64,000 nt of DNA. Source: Zygnema circumcarinatum SAG 698-1b. Lineage: Eukaryota > Plantae > Zygnematophyceae. A program made the translations under genes and the position numbers. Each line of letters opens with the position of its first letter. The first letter of the stretch is position 1. Below, one piece after another: positions 40,001 through 53,659 of this stretch. The stretch spans positions 2,356,001 to 2,420,000 of the forward strand of contig CM074808.1 of assembly GCA_037447605.1 (NCBI GenBank), written 5' to 3'. The notes under the pieces were generated by a model. It saw only the letters and a list, made by a program, of their open reading frames with translations. It was not told where the DNA came from and did no database searches.

Positions 40001-42088
40001 TTGGAATGCTGCTGAAACCTCTTTCGCTTGCTCATGGTGAAGTGGAGCATGCATTGACATAGAGCTCGGAAATGCTTGAGATAACTTCTTGAAGTTAACA
40101 TGGCTGGTTTAATTCCTGATGAACAGGGTGACAGGGGAGCACAAGTTATATTGGTTCCTGAGTTGGTGGAGTTTCTTATGACTTCCCTTACTCAGGTATG
40201 GCAGCAGCTGCTATATGCACTCCTGAGTTTGAGTTTTTCCAGCACATTAGGATAATGCCCTCGGATTTGTGTGTGCCTCTCAACCTGTGAAGGTTCCTAG
40301 TATTGAGCAGCAGCCCGTTACTAACTACATATGAGACAAGAGGCTTGATTTGTCTGGCAACAAGCAATCTAATGCTGAATGTGATGTTGTGCCTGTGATT
40401 AACTTCAGTTGCAAAGAGAAAAGAGACAGAAAGAAATGAAAACCACACTCTGTATCTAGGCACCAAAACAGGAGATTAAAAATACACACGTTGCTACTTT
40501 CCGTCGATCGGAAGGTGGCGAGGGTAATACCTGCTGTCTGAAGACGAACAAAAGATAGGTGGAGGATCTTTGTCGGAGTGGTCCGTTTCCTTTGCGGTCG
40601 CTATATGCATGATCGCAGCCCGGGTTTGCCTTCGTTGACCGGATAACATGTGCAAATACACTGTAACGGGCGGACGAGTGGTTTTTGAAGCAATGGCGTG
40701 CATGCGTTGTTGTGGCGATCAGGTACGGAGTGTGCCAGTCGCTTTGGAGCAAATACCTTTGAGCGATATCGAAGTGATGCAGCAGAGGTCAGTTGTCTGC
40801 CTTGGGGAATGATTTGCAAGAGCTTAACACTAGCAGCGTACAGCATATTTTTCACCTGCTGATTGGAACTGACCTTACTTCTTGGAGTGATTATCAGACG
40901 TTTACGATGTTTTGCTCTCATATTAGCAATATATCTCATATTATTCTCTCATCTCTCGTCTCTCTTGTATTAGCCATTTCAGCACAATGTGAAGGCCAGT
41001 ATAGAAGGCCACTTGACAATAGTGCGGGAAAGGAATCGGAGTGGTTAATTAATTGCTTAGATATGAAGGCTTCCGGATCCACCTAGTGCATCTGGAACAA
41101 TAAACTGATGAAAAACATGCTAACTTTGCAGAGTCTCTGTTTTGACGAGCGTGGAATCCTCACTACGGGTAGACTCTCTTGCAAGTGCTGGTTTCAAAAT
41201 GTCAAGAACGAAGCTGGCTGACCTCATCAGGCAAGGACAATCTCTATTCGATTCAACTGTCTGAGTTTCAACGAGAGCACGTTTTTGGAGATCTTAAGGG
41301 GCCATTGGATCTGCTCATTGGATTACCTTGCGGAGCTTCTCTAATTGAATTGCTTTGCCCTCTTGACACTCGAGTGATTCATTACTCAGCCACAGTGTAC
41401 TTTGGTGGCACCGCTGCTGGAAGGTCCCAATCTTGGCGGACAATGTATTCACCGGCTGCTTCTTCTCTTTTTTCTGACTTGATGCAGATTTAGGATTTAT
41501 AGGCCACCTACATGACATTATGAGATAGTGCTGTATCCTACATCCTAAATGAAAGATTATCATTTATCAGAGAGAGATTAGCGGGGACTGAGTTTGACAT
41601 TCTAGAGCTCCCTGACTCTTTATTTATTGTGCGGATGCAGTGGTGGAGATGTTCGAGTGAATTGGAAGGAGATTTCAAAGAATGGGGTCATACTTAGGAC
41701 TGGCGACGTGGTGTCTGTTCGGGGCAAGGGTCGACTGGAGGTGGGCAGCTTTTCACTGTCACAATGGATGGCTCTTGGTTGAAAGTTGACCTCCTTTCTG
41801 GCGAGCTGCCAGAATCAGGCCAGCCCCTCTTTTGAAGGCAGAAATGCGCACCCATGTAGGTTTGAAAGATTTCACTGATGATAAGCGTGAGATTGACCCG
41901 CAAAACTGTAGCTCCGGGGAATTCTCTGTTCAATGTATGCACTACCTTATGGACCAATGAGTTTCAATCGCACTACATGGATTGATGTGCACCCTGTTCG
42001 GATTGCCCGTCTGTCTCCCCTGCAGATTGGTGACATCTCGCTGACAAAAAAGGGACGTTATGCGGTTGAGCTTAAACGCTATACTTAG
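37060..42088 (+). CDS. YlmH/Sll1252-like S4-domain RNA-binding protein with putative organellar transit peptide, ~10 exons
   Basis: Spliced: LLASRVLDQ|AVNAASQWSVQHTDFLTPP...SGGYAE|AERCRLSVG, IAGNFAFDSAAHGDFLGAVLGTGIKREKVGDIIVQ|GDRGAQVILVPEL, SLRVDSLASAGFKMSRTKLADLI|SGGDVRVNW...GDVVSVRGKGRLE|IGDISLTKKGRYAVELKRYT*. Confidence 0.9.
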
Positions 42089-43600
42089 GTTCGCCATTCA
42101 TCTGTTTCGCGGCCGCCTTTTTTGGTCTGTACATGTTCGCATGATGGCTTGGCTTGTGCAGGTGTATGCTGTCGCTCTAAGAAAGCGTGTTAGAAACGGA
42201 AATGCTCCAGCAAGAAATTTCAGATATGCCATGTTTAATTTAAAATAGGGAAGGGCTAGAAGAATAGACGGATGTTGTTCATTAGTCTTACAATTGCTTC
42301 TTGCAGGTATGAGAAATAGAGCCATGTCTAGTTACCTTTGCCAAAATGTACTCTGCTTTTCGGTTTTTTCAAGCTAATGCCAATTTGTAGGCTGCAACTG
42401 AGGCAGTTGATTTCGGAGACCTTGTCACATGACCTATGATAAGTTTGCCAACGAGTCATAATATTTTCATTGTAGCCTTTCGTGGCTATCCTAATAAAGC
42501 ACTAGCTACCTTATTGAAGCCAGCTCCAATGCCGTTTCTCACCACTCCAGTACATGCGCTTGGGTTTTGTTTTTGGGTGAAGGGTGTAGTTACCGATTTC
42601 TGACATGACGGTTTTTACTTGTCTTTTTGGGATTGATAGAGTTTGCCTCAATGTCCTGCTGCTGTGGGTCGAGTTGCACTCCGTGACCACATGACGAAGC
42701 AGAAGAACAGGAAATGCCTATTTCCGCATCGGCAATGGCGCAGATTGTGACATTTTGGTCTCTACATGATTCATTTGCTTCTCCTTATGGTCTGCACAGG
42801 TCGAACAAATATCTGCCAAAAGTTACAACAAAAGTTGACCATTCGTTGCGATCCAATCGCTTGACCTGTGAATGGCTAATCCATCCCTTCCGCTGGAGAC
42901 AAAGCCTCTTTCTGCCTCGCAGTCTCTCCAGAATGCCATTCCTAAGGTAGAGGGAAAGTCCCTCTGAACTACGGGCTGGGAACTGCAGCTCATTTTCGTG
43001 GAGCACTTAGCATTCAACAGCCGCCTCCACTGAAACAAGCTGGCACTTCGGCATGGCCCGTTCACATTTGCGACGATGCACCCAATACCTTTACCGTGTG
43101 GACGGCGGCGTGATAAGTCAGCCGTGGAGGACACCTAAGGAGAAGAGATGTGGCATTGATCTCACGATGGCGATGCCATCAAATGAACCGTGGCGAACAG
43201 GAATTCTTCGATATGTTCTGGAATCCATTAATTGCCACAAGCACACACTTCTCCAATTCTACGGTTACAGCCGCTGAAACTTGCAAGAGAGGTCGCCCCC
43301 AGACTGCTCAGGACGTGTCGAGCCGTCTTCTGCAGAGGATCCCTTTTTGCGGAGAAACAAAACGTCTGCTCTCCCGAGCTCTGACGCAGAACTCGTCGGG
43401 GATTCATGTGCGCCATGGCGCCCTGCGTCTGGAGACGTGACTCGTGGTGGGTGCTCGCGGCTGCACACAGCTGCGGGTGCTCCCTCCCGTGCTCGCCCGC
43501 GCCGCCATGGACAGCCACGGCCGCCCCGCCCCGCTCAAAGCGTCCTGCGGCGGACGCTCGAACGTCCTCAGCGTCGCGGAGGGCCTTCAGTTCCGGGACT

Positions 43601-43826
43601 ACCGTACGGCGTTCACTTACAGTAACGGATTTGCGGTACTGTACTGTAAATGGATACTCCACCGTACGGTCGAGCACATCTGCACTTTGTGTACGGGATC
43701 CGTACGCTCCAGCGTCCGCCGCACCGCTGTACTTTTTGGCCGTTCCGAGGAAGGGAGGGTTCATGCCCGCCGTGGACATTCGCGTGGCTTTTTGAACAGG
43801 GGCGCGGGGGCGTGTGAGCAACCCTA
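43601..43826 (+). promoter_or_regulatory. SF3B3 promoter: 7 GTAC cores plus telobox-like AACCCTAA
   Basis: Seven GTAC in ~43602-43733; AACCCTAA at 43820. Confidence 0.55.
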
Positions 43827-44046
43827 AAATGGGGAAGAGGACACAGGGCGGGAGGGCAGCCCCCGGGAATTAGGTCTAATCTGCTACGGTAGTCCTGTCG
43901 TTTGAAAGCAGAGCAAATTCTGCGAATTTCAACAGGCTTTGTGATTTGCGTGAAATCTCTGGCTGCTGCGCCCGTCGCTGTCATTCCTTTTCCTAATCTG
44001 CGATTTCTTTTTCAAGTCTTTCGAGCCGAATTGGAGTTTAGCCAAC

Positions 44047-47000
44047 ATGTATCTGTATAACTTGACTCTTCAAAAACCCACTGGAATCGCTTGCGCCATC
44101 TATGGCAGCTTCATGGGCAACCCTAATCCGAAGGAACAGGAGATCGTGGTGGGACGGGGAAAGGTTTTGGAGCTTCTTAGAGTTGATGCTAATGGGAAGC
44201 TGCAAACGCTTCACTCTGTGGAGGTTTTTGGTGTCATCCGCTCTCTTGTACAGTTTCGCTTAACCGGTTCACAAAAGGACTTCATTATAGTAGGCTCCGA
44301 TTCTGGAAGGATTGTTATTCTGGAGTACAACGTTGAAAGGAACCATTTTGACAAAGTTCACCAAGAAACGTTTGGCAAATCCGGTTGCAGAAGGATTGTG
44401 CCGGGACAGCATCTTGCGGTAGATCCCAAGGGCCGTGCCTGTATGATTGGAGCATGTGAAAAGCAGAAGCTGGTTTACGTTCTCAACAGAGACAACGCTG
44501 CGCGCCTCACAATCTCGTCTCCCTTAGAAGCTCACAAGTCGCATACCATAGTGTTTTCTCTAGTTGGGGTCGACTGTGGTTTTGACAACCCTATTTTTGC
44601 TGCGATAGAACTCGATTACTCGGAAGCCGATCAAGACAGCTCGGGACAAGCTGCAGCGGAGGTTGAGAAGCAGCTCACGTACTACGAGCTTGATTTAGGG
44701 TTGAATCACGTGGTGCGCAAGTGGGCCGAGCCCATAGATAATGGCGCCAATCTACTAGTGCAAGTACCTGGTGGTGCTGATGGACCAAGTGGTGTATTGA
44801 TTTGTGCTGAGAATTTTGTCATCTACAAACATCAAGGCCATCCGGATGTCCGTGCCCTCATTCCTCGCAGGTTTGATTTGCCTGCTGCTCGAGGTGTTTT
44901 GATTGTCACAACTGCGACACATAGGTCCAAGAATGGTTTTTTCTTTTTACTGCAAACGGAGTACGGGGACATTTTCAAGGTGACATTGGATTACAAAAAG
45001 GAGACAGACCAGGTGAATGAGCTGAAATTGAGTTACTTCGACACTATACCAGTCGCATCAGCACTTTGTGTGCTGAAGATGGGATTGCTGCTTGCAGCTT
45101 CAGAATTTGGGAATCATAGCCTGTACAGGTTTACTGGTCTTGGTGAGGATTCGGAAGTGGAATCATCGTCATCAATGTTGGAGGAAACAGAGGAAGGCTA
45201 TCGACCGATTTTCTTTTACCCTCGGAAGCTTCGCAATCTCATGCCCATAGACGAAGTGGAGTCTCTAATGCCCATAGTTGATATGAAGATCGCCAATCTG
45301 TTCGAGGAGGAAACACCCCAGATATTTGCTTTATGTGGCAAAGGCTCACGGTCTTCTCTGCGTATCCTTAAACCTGGGCTTGCAGTTCAGGAGATGGCTG
45401 TCTCACCCCTTCCTGGTGTGCCAAATGCGGTGTGGACTGTCAAAAAGAAAGTAACGGACGAGTTTGATCAGTACATTGTTGTGTCCTTTGTCAATGCCAC
45501 ACTGGTGCTCTCTATCGGAGAAACCGTCGAAGAAGTTAGTGATAGTGGGTTTTTAGACACTACATCTTCTCTGGCTGCTTCCCTTTTGGGTGAAGACTCT
45601 CTTATGCAGGTTCACCCAGGAGGCATTCGGCACATTAGGGCAGATGGCCGTATTAACGAATGGAAGACGCCCGGCAAAAAGAGTATAGTTAAGGTAGGTT
45701 GCAATAGGTTACAAGTGGTGATAGGGCTAAGCGGAGGCGAATTAATCTACTTTGAGATGGACATCACAGGGCAGCTTACAGAGATTGAGAAGAAGGAAAT
45801 GTCAGGGGATGTAGCTTGTCTGGACATTGCCCCTGTTCCAGAAGGACGACAGCGGTCGCGGTTTTTGGCAGTGGGCTCTTATGACAGCACTATTCGAGTG
45901 CTCTCCTTGGACCCAGATGACTGCATGCAGATTTTGAGTGTACAAGCAGTTTCATCACCTCCAGAGTCATTGCTTTTGCTAGAGGTCGTGGCTTCCTTGG
46001 GAGGTGAAGATGGAGCGGACAGGCCCGCCAGTGTTTTCCTCAACGCTGGCTTGCAAAATGGTGTGCTCCTGCGAACAGAGGTAGATATGGTGACAGGACA
46101 ACTGTCTGATACTAGGACAAGGTTCTTAGGTTTAAGGGCACCAAAGCTTTTTGCATGTAACATTCGTGAGAAAAGAGCTATGCTGTGCCTATCCAGTAGG
46201 CCGTGGCTTGGTTACACACTGCAAGGGCACTTTCACCTTACCCCCTTGTCATATGAAACTCTGGAATATGCGGCTTCATTTTCATCTGATCAGTGCCCCG
46301 AAGGTGTTGTGGCTGTTGCTGGAGAGAATTTGAGGGTTTTCACAATTGAGCGATTAGGAGAGAGCTTCAACCAGACCGTAGTTCCCTTGCGCTACACTCC
46401 TAGGAAATTCATTCTTCATCCTCAGTACAAGACACTCGTGATTTTGGAAGGTCATCAGGGTGCATTCACTGCAGAAGAGCTTGCTGCTCACCGTGCAGAA
46501 GCTCTTGAGAAAACTGGAGCTCCAGATGGAATGAAAGTGGAATCCGACAGGATGGAGAACGGAGGGGGGGATGATGAAGAAGAAGAGGAGGGAGATCCTC
46601 TTCCTATGGAGCAGTATGGTTACCCAAAGCAGACCCCAGATAAGTGGGCTTCCTGCATTCGAGTGTTAGAACCAAAGGATCAGGCAACTACATGTCTGTT
46701 GGAACTTCAAGATTCAGAAGCAGCAATTAGCCTATGCACCGTTAATTTCCATGGCAGGACAGATGGTGGTGCTCTGGTGGCAGTTGGGACGGCAAAGTCT
46801 CTTCAGTTTTGGCCTAAGAGAGAGGCAGCAGGAGGCTTCATTCACGTGTACAAAATGGTTGCAGATGGGAAGGAATTGGAGCTCGTACACAAGACACCTT
46901 TAGACGGTGTTCCAACTGCGTTGTGCGCATTTCAGGGCCGTCTGCTAGTTGGGATTGGACCTGTCTTACGAATTTACGATCTTGGGAAAAGGAAACTCCT

Positions 47001-48511
47001 TCGGAAGTGCGAAAATAAGAACTTTCCTAATACTATTTCGTCTATACACACATATGGAGATCGAATTTATGTGGGAGATATTCAAGAGGTGAGTCTCATT
47101 GGATTTGGTGTTCTTTGCATTTAACACGGAATAGGCAAGTTAGGTGTGGCATGTGTCGTGAATACGAGATGGGATTTTGCAGTGAGTTATACATGCCGTG
47201 AGTCATGCGCATAGGTAGTTTGGAAATCATGACGTTGATAAAACTAGCTGCGATCAGTTCTGATTAGTTTACTTGAAAAAGAGAATGATTGATAAGCATC
47301 GATTATCTGAAGTCACTACTGTAGACGCACTGTAGTTCGTCACGGAGGTGTCTCGGACGAAAAGGAACTCTGAAGGGTTTGCTACCCACAATTGCTCAAG
47401 TGTCTTAAGGACAAGTTATAATCTGTTTTTGGTCGCCTGATCCGGTGGCTTGCTGCAAGTCTCATGTTTGTCCTCCTGAGTCGACCAACGAAAACTGAGT
47501 TGTTCAGATGCAAAGGGGGGTTTTCCGATTCATGTTGTAGCAGTTTGAGCATGGTCTATAGCCAGTCAATACTGTGAGCAGGGAAGTATGCGAAAGCTTC
47601 GTTGATTCTGACCGTTCATGTGAAACTTCTTTGTGTGTAGTCGTTCCATTATGTGAAATACCGACGAGATGAGAACCAGCTGTACATATTTGCTGATGAT
47701 GTGAGCCCGCGATGGCTGACCTGTGCGCTACATGTAGACTTCGATACCATGGGTGGTGGAGATAAGTTTGGAAATATCTACTTCGTTCGCTTGCCAGCAG
47801 ATTTGTCTGAAGAAATTGAAGACGACCCGACAGGCGGCAGAATAAAGTGGGAGTCGGGCAAACTGAATGGAGCACCAAATAAAGTGGAGGAGGCAATTCA
47901 ATTCCACGTGGGGGATGTTGTCACCACCATGCAAAAGGCTTCCCTTATTCCCGGTGGTGGAGAATGTGTCATTTACGGCACTGTAATGGGCAGCATCGGC
48001 GCGCTCATGCCCTTCCTTTCTAGAGAAGATGTCGATTTTTTCTCGCATCTGGAGATGCACATCCGACAAGAGCATCCACCCCTTTGTGGACGTGATCATA
48101 TGGCCTACCGCTCTTCATATTTTCCTGTCAAGGTGAGCTGACGCTGCTTTCTTCTGCGTTTGGTGATAGCGGGGGGAGGCAGGGAGGAGGGGGGGCGAGG
48201 GAGGGAGGGAACCTTCACTTCCTGTCCCTAGCCTAAACATGGTTACATGTTCTGAATACGACTTTGATGTCCATATCTGACCTTGAATGGTTGCTCAGCA
48301 ATGACAAGCATGGGGTGGAGTTGTAGAAAGCCTTTCAATCTTGCATAACCTCCGGGATATGTCTCTTGTACAGGACGTGATTGACGGTGACCTTTGCGAG
48401 CAGTTCCCGTCGCTTCCAATGGACATGCAGCGCAAAATTGCGGATGAACTTGACAGAACGCCGGGCGAGATTTTGAAGAAGCTAGAAGATATCCGGAACC
48501 GTATTCTGTAG
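44047..48511 (+). CDS. SF3B3: Splicing factor 3B subunit 3 (SAP130/Rse1), 3 coding exons, ~1223 aa
   Basis: MYLYNLTLQ...GSDSGRIVILEY...ETFGKSGCRRIVPGQHLAVDPKGRA... Exons 44047-47088, 47641-48132 and 48374-48511; ends DVIDGDLCEQF...ILKKLEDIRNRIL*. Confidence 0.98.
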
Positions 48512-50207
48512 TAGGTGTAGCACTTGAGGGTAGTGGCGGGTAGATAGACAGCAGCAAGTCCTCGCAGTGTAGTGAGGGGTCGGGTGGCCGTTCCAGCCAA
48601 ATTTTGATTTCGTAGTCCGATGTTCTGAGAAATTGAGTGGTCTGACGAGTCGACCAAGACCCATAGCCTGTAAAAGATTTAGCCTTCAACGCGGTCTGCA
48701 GTACTGCAATAATTTCAACAGTTCGGGCAATGCAAGGCTTGGGCACCATGCCATTTGATCACAATCTGAAGAATGTCTCGAATGATTTTTTTTTTTGGCT
48801 GTGCGGAACAGAAGAAACGACTGACGGTGCTCATGGCCATGTCATATCCTTACTGATCGGCCCTTCAACAGAAGGAACCGTGTTGACTGTAAGGCAGTGC
48901 GGGCACTTGCTGGTGAAGTGAATGCGGTTTCTGAGAAAATACCCGCTGCGGTAATGGCCGATGATGTCTGATCTTCCCCATGCGCTGCTCTTCCTCCCTC
49001 CCTCCCTCCCTCCCTCCCTCCCTCCCTCCCCCCCCGCCAGTTCAAGCATCATCGATCACATCATCGCGTCAAGGCGCTGCTGCGCCGCGAACTGGACGCG
49101 TCACTGAGGAGCTCAGGCGTCATCCAGTGGCAGGTCGCCACGTGTACAAAGTGTGCACGTGGCGAGTCCCCATTGGACAAGGGGCCGTCCCTGCCATTTG
49201 TCCCCTCGGCGAGTCCCGTCCGTACGATCATTCCGCGATCCGTCGACTCAGATCTCACAATCTCGCCCCTGTGTCCGTACGAGATGTTGTACGGATCCCC
49301 TCCCTCCCCAGCGCGCCTGCCTCATGGCCAGTTCCGGGCCCGGGCCCCTCCCCAGTCCGGCGAACGCGACGGCGCGCGCACAACGACGGCGGGCGGCGCC
49401 GTGTGAATGGGGGCCTCCCCGCACGTGTGAACGGGGCGCTGAGGGAGAGGGGCGGAGGGAGCCAGTTCGGGCGGGCGAGCGGGCGGAGTACTGGTTCCGC
49501 GCGAAGGGGGCCGCCATGGCGGGCGGAGGGGGCGGGCCCTGTTCGGGCGGCGGAGGAGGGCTGTGGCGGAGAGGGCGCGCTTATCCGCCACGCGGCCATC
49601 AATGAAGCTCCGCCACGAACTCCTTCTGACCGGGCCGGGGCGGGCCTTTTTGTGGCAGAGCCGCCTGGAGCCGGGCAGGGCAGGGGAGGGGAGGGGCAGG
49701 GCAGGGCAGGGTAGGGCAGGTCGCACAAAGGAACCCTAATTTTTCACTGGCAGGGTCTGGCCGAGAGCTGCACAAGGGTGTAGGCGGACTGTGGAAGGCT
49801 TGCATGGCGGGAAGAGGAACAGGAATAGCTAGGTGGGGATGTCTGTGAGATGGTTGAGGCGGAGGCAAGAGATTGTTAGCTTGTATACGAAGAAGAAGCA
49901 GAGGTAGGTTACAAGCAAGGAGGACGGCGAGAGCCTGAAACGCTCGTTTCATTCTGCTGTACTGCTCTATTAGCGTAGAAAGACTAAGAGCGCTGCTTTG
50001 CTCTTGTGGGCTATATGAGTCGTGTAGGGTGAGTGTGGAACTCGATAGTTTTGTAACAGTAGTGGTCGGTAGGATGATCCATGAAGGCGATGAGGCGATT
50101 TAAGCCTGCTCAGCGCTCCCAGCAAACATGGGTATGGCCTGCTATTGTCACGAGGCGTTGCGCATTCACACAGACGATTCTTGAAGGAAGGGACAATTTA
50201 GGAAATA

Positions 50208-53200
50208 ATGGTTAAAATAGGAGGGGCGACACTTGAAGAGGTCTCACCTTATTTTCATTTGCCGATTGAAGCGGCTGCAAAGGAGCTTGGAGTGTGCTCT
50301 AGTGCCTTGAAAAGGCGCTGCAGGCGCCTCGGCATCAAACGATGGCCATTCCGCAAGGTAATGTTATTTTCCGATCCACAAATATGTTACTTATGACCCG
50401 AAAACCTGACAAACGATTGAACCTTTTTATAGTAAGCAACATGCCATTTAGGCTGGTGAATTCTGGAGTTATATCTTTCTCTCGTTTGGAGCGTTTTCGT
50501 GATAAGAGCACAATCGAGTACAGTAAAATGTTACAGCGAAACAGAGATTATGTACTTAAACGTAAAGGGTAACATCTGGGACTGTTCAGAGGTGCTTCAG
50601 AAGTACTTTTGCGGATGCTTCAAGCTTGCTCTTTCTTTGGCCATATTGGATGCAAGAATATGATGCTTTTTGTGAAATTGTCAAATATGACACACCTTTC
50701 TCCTTCTCGTTGAAAATTTTACCGACAGCAGATAAGGAGTAACTGTTGGCTACAGTATGACATTCTTATGGAGAAAGGTCCTTTTCGATCAGAAAATGGT
50801 CCTGGTAGCCCTAGAGGTAGCAAACCTAGCGGACGAGCACACCCTGGTGAAGGATTCTGTTGAGGAGCCATTTTGCATGGTCGGCTTAAGCACTTCTTTG
50901 CCTTGGCTGCATATTCTTTGAATTGCGGTTGGTTTTCTATCCTGACGGAAGTTTTAAAGCACCTCTAGCAGCGGTTAAGCTTCATTTCTGTAGACAGCTC
51001 AGGTGATTATATTGAAGCTTTCGGTTGAAAGCTGCATAAGCCATCAAATGGAGTCATGCCTATCGTAGAAAATCGACTGTCTTGCTCTCCTCCTGAAGTG
51101 CAAATGGGCAATAGTGCAGCTGGAAACGGCTTTTTGAGTAAATAAATTTTTGTCTGTCAATTAAGGTCCTAGGAGACTGTTACCTTGCCTCTCTGAAGGA
51201 CAGAGGCTTGAGTGCCAGGTGAGGAGGTGCGGGGCGACAATGCAAAGCGTAGTTTTCTACAAGCATGTTGAATGGGCAGTAAATGGTTTGTGACATCTAA
51301 AAATCCTACAGGAAACCTTAGTCTGCTTTGAGAGGGTTTGATGGTAGCACGTTACGTGTGCTGGAAGCTGCAATGTTTTTTTCAAATCCTGTTATGTCAA
51401 CGTGCAGTGCTGATCCAGCCGGCAGGGTTTACCTATCGAGTAATTGCATGACAGGAACTCAATGCCATTACGGGCAAGTTGTATCATGATGGTTCAGATG
51501 CGCATTGGCCTTTGAAACAGTGGCCCTCCTATTGCAAACATTTCGATGGTCCTCCATAGAATCGTCATACTTCAAGTGAGGCCGAGTCTCAAATGTTTCA
51601 AAGTTGTCAATGACTCCGCAGGTGCGCAGCATGAGCATGTCCATGGCTCGCAACATGGAGGACCTTTGCGGGGCCGGCGCCGCAGGAGTAATGCCCTCAT
51701 TTCTGCAGCCACAGGCAGCCACGCGTTTGGCTGCACAGGTGGCGGCAACAAGTCTGGTGCAGAGGAAAAATCGCAATCCAAGGCCTCCTACCCTTCAGCT
51801 TCCTCAGTCCAGCCAGTGCGCATCACCTGATCAGATAGGAGAGGCGCCTCCAAGTAGCAGTGTTCTCAAGGGGTTGTCCATAAGTCCTCCTATCCAAGGT
51901 CTGTACCGCTCACAAAATGAAATTTGCCCTTATTGTGCACCATCCGTCCTTCACATCACTTGTGTCATGATACACTTGTGTTTGTTGAATTAAATTTCCT
52001 TTTTGCTTATCATTAGTGATTCGGTATTTGATCTTGAACCCATCTACTTCAAACAGTGATCGTCAGGCCATATTACGCAGTCCTGAAAGCTGTAGTCGCT
52101 TGCTCCTTAACTTGAGTAGTCCACTTCGTTTTGTGAATACCAATCAGACTGTTCATTTTCATTAGTTGCAGACCTGTAGCTATGGCACTCACAACCAAAA
52201 TGGTCTCTTGTCTTGTTCCTTGTCGGAGTGTCAGTTCCACCAGGTGATTTTAGTGACCAGACTCCATGTGTACTTGCGGAGGTCCAAGGCAGCCATCACG
52301 AGAGCATTGTGTGGGAGACTCAGAGCGTGAAGGCGGAGGAGTTTGATTTCTGCTCGCAGGCAGCCCCCCCACATGTGCAGCCAAAACCACGAGGAGTCAG
52401 GCCAAGCGCGCCTCTCCAACATCTCACCTGCCCGCCTCCTTTTCAGGCTGTCTCTGCTTTGTCTTCCCTTGATGTCACTCTCATAGATATACCGAGCTTC
52501 TTTTCTCCAGCGGCGGGCAGGCTTCTTTCTGGAAGGCCGAAAACACCTCAATCTCGCTCTCTTACTATTTTATCACCTCTTCCCAACTCTTTTCAAAACG
52601 CTTCGAATTCTATGAACTCAGTGATCCACCAATTTAACTCTGGACTTGCCGGTACAGCGTACAGTCCACGGGTTTTCCTCAGCCCACGCGTCTTTGGAGA
52701 AGAAATTTTCAGCCGAAACTCGTATGTTGGGACGAGAGGCCGTGAGGAGGCTGTGGGCGACTCGCTCATGTCACCTCAGACTCAGAGCATGCTTCGAGGA
52801 TTTGGCCTCCTGGATACTCCCACCACACAAGGGCACGACTACCGCCACTCTCATCACACAGCTGGAGGGTGGCAGGAGGCGATGGACAACGCATCGTGGG
52901 GGGCTTCAGTTGCTTTAGAACTGAATGCACATGCACCTCAACTGTCACCTTCCTCTCGCGACCTGTTGGCACTCATCAGTGCAAGCCCTCTTTCCTCTCC
53001 TCCACACTTATTTAGCTTGGAGCCTGACAATGAGGACCAGCATCCTGTCCAATCCTTCACAGAGCTACTCACCATGGAGGTGAGGCCCATCACAGTTGCA
53101 TCTCGTGCTCACTTTCTTTATCAGCCTTGTTTCTTGATGCGTGGTTGGTTGGGCTGGAAATCACCTACTTCAGTTGTAGAAAGCAGGCCTCGTCAGCAGC

Positions 53201-53659
53201 AGATACGGTGTTGGAGCATTCGCAGGCTGCAGAAGTCTGTGGATTGAAGTCTTGTGACTTGTATTCTTGCAGGTGGACATGCATCCAGCAGCAAATCAGC
53301 CGTCGTCCTCCCTCTTGCAGCACCCCACTTCCCCGCTTGAACCTCAAAGTCCCTTCTCATGGCTCAAAATTTCTGCAGCCAACGAATTCAAAGAAGAGGA
53401 TCCTTTCGAGAGTGTTCTCCTCAGCCCCGGATCGTGGCAGTGGCAGGCACAGACCCAAGAGGCGGAGTCTGAGCTTCTTGACCCCTCCCAGAGGAGCCTG
53501 TTTCTATGGCCGCCTGGAAGCCCCTTGGGTCTCCATGTGAACATCAGGCCCATGAGGCAACAGAATGATGGCACTGTCGTCGAAGGCGGCTCCTCGGGCC
53601 CTCCCCTCCCCTCCTCCTCCTCCTGTACATTAACCCCTCATTGGATCGGAAGGGTTTGA
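50208..53659 (+). CDS. RWP-RK domain transcription factor (RKD-type; N-terminal domain, long low-complexity tail), 4 exons
   Basis: Exon 1 (50208-50357): [43 protein letters not shown], spliced to VRSM... (51622-~51898), ~52244-53079 and ~53273-53659 with matching phases. The start codon is uncertain. Confidence 0.85.

Noticed and set aside
42660-43510. Possible spliced gene divergent from SF3B3
   Set aside because: Splice-like sites exist, but every ATG/phase combination tried hits an early stop; it could be a non-coding transcript, which cannot be supported from sequence.
47230-47315. Box C/D-like motifs in SF3B3 intron 1
   Set aside because: The C box is imperfect, the spacing is too short and there is no terminal stem.
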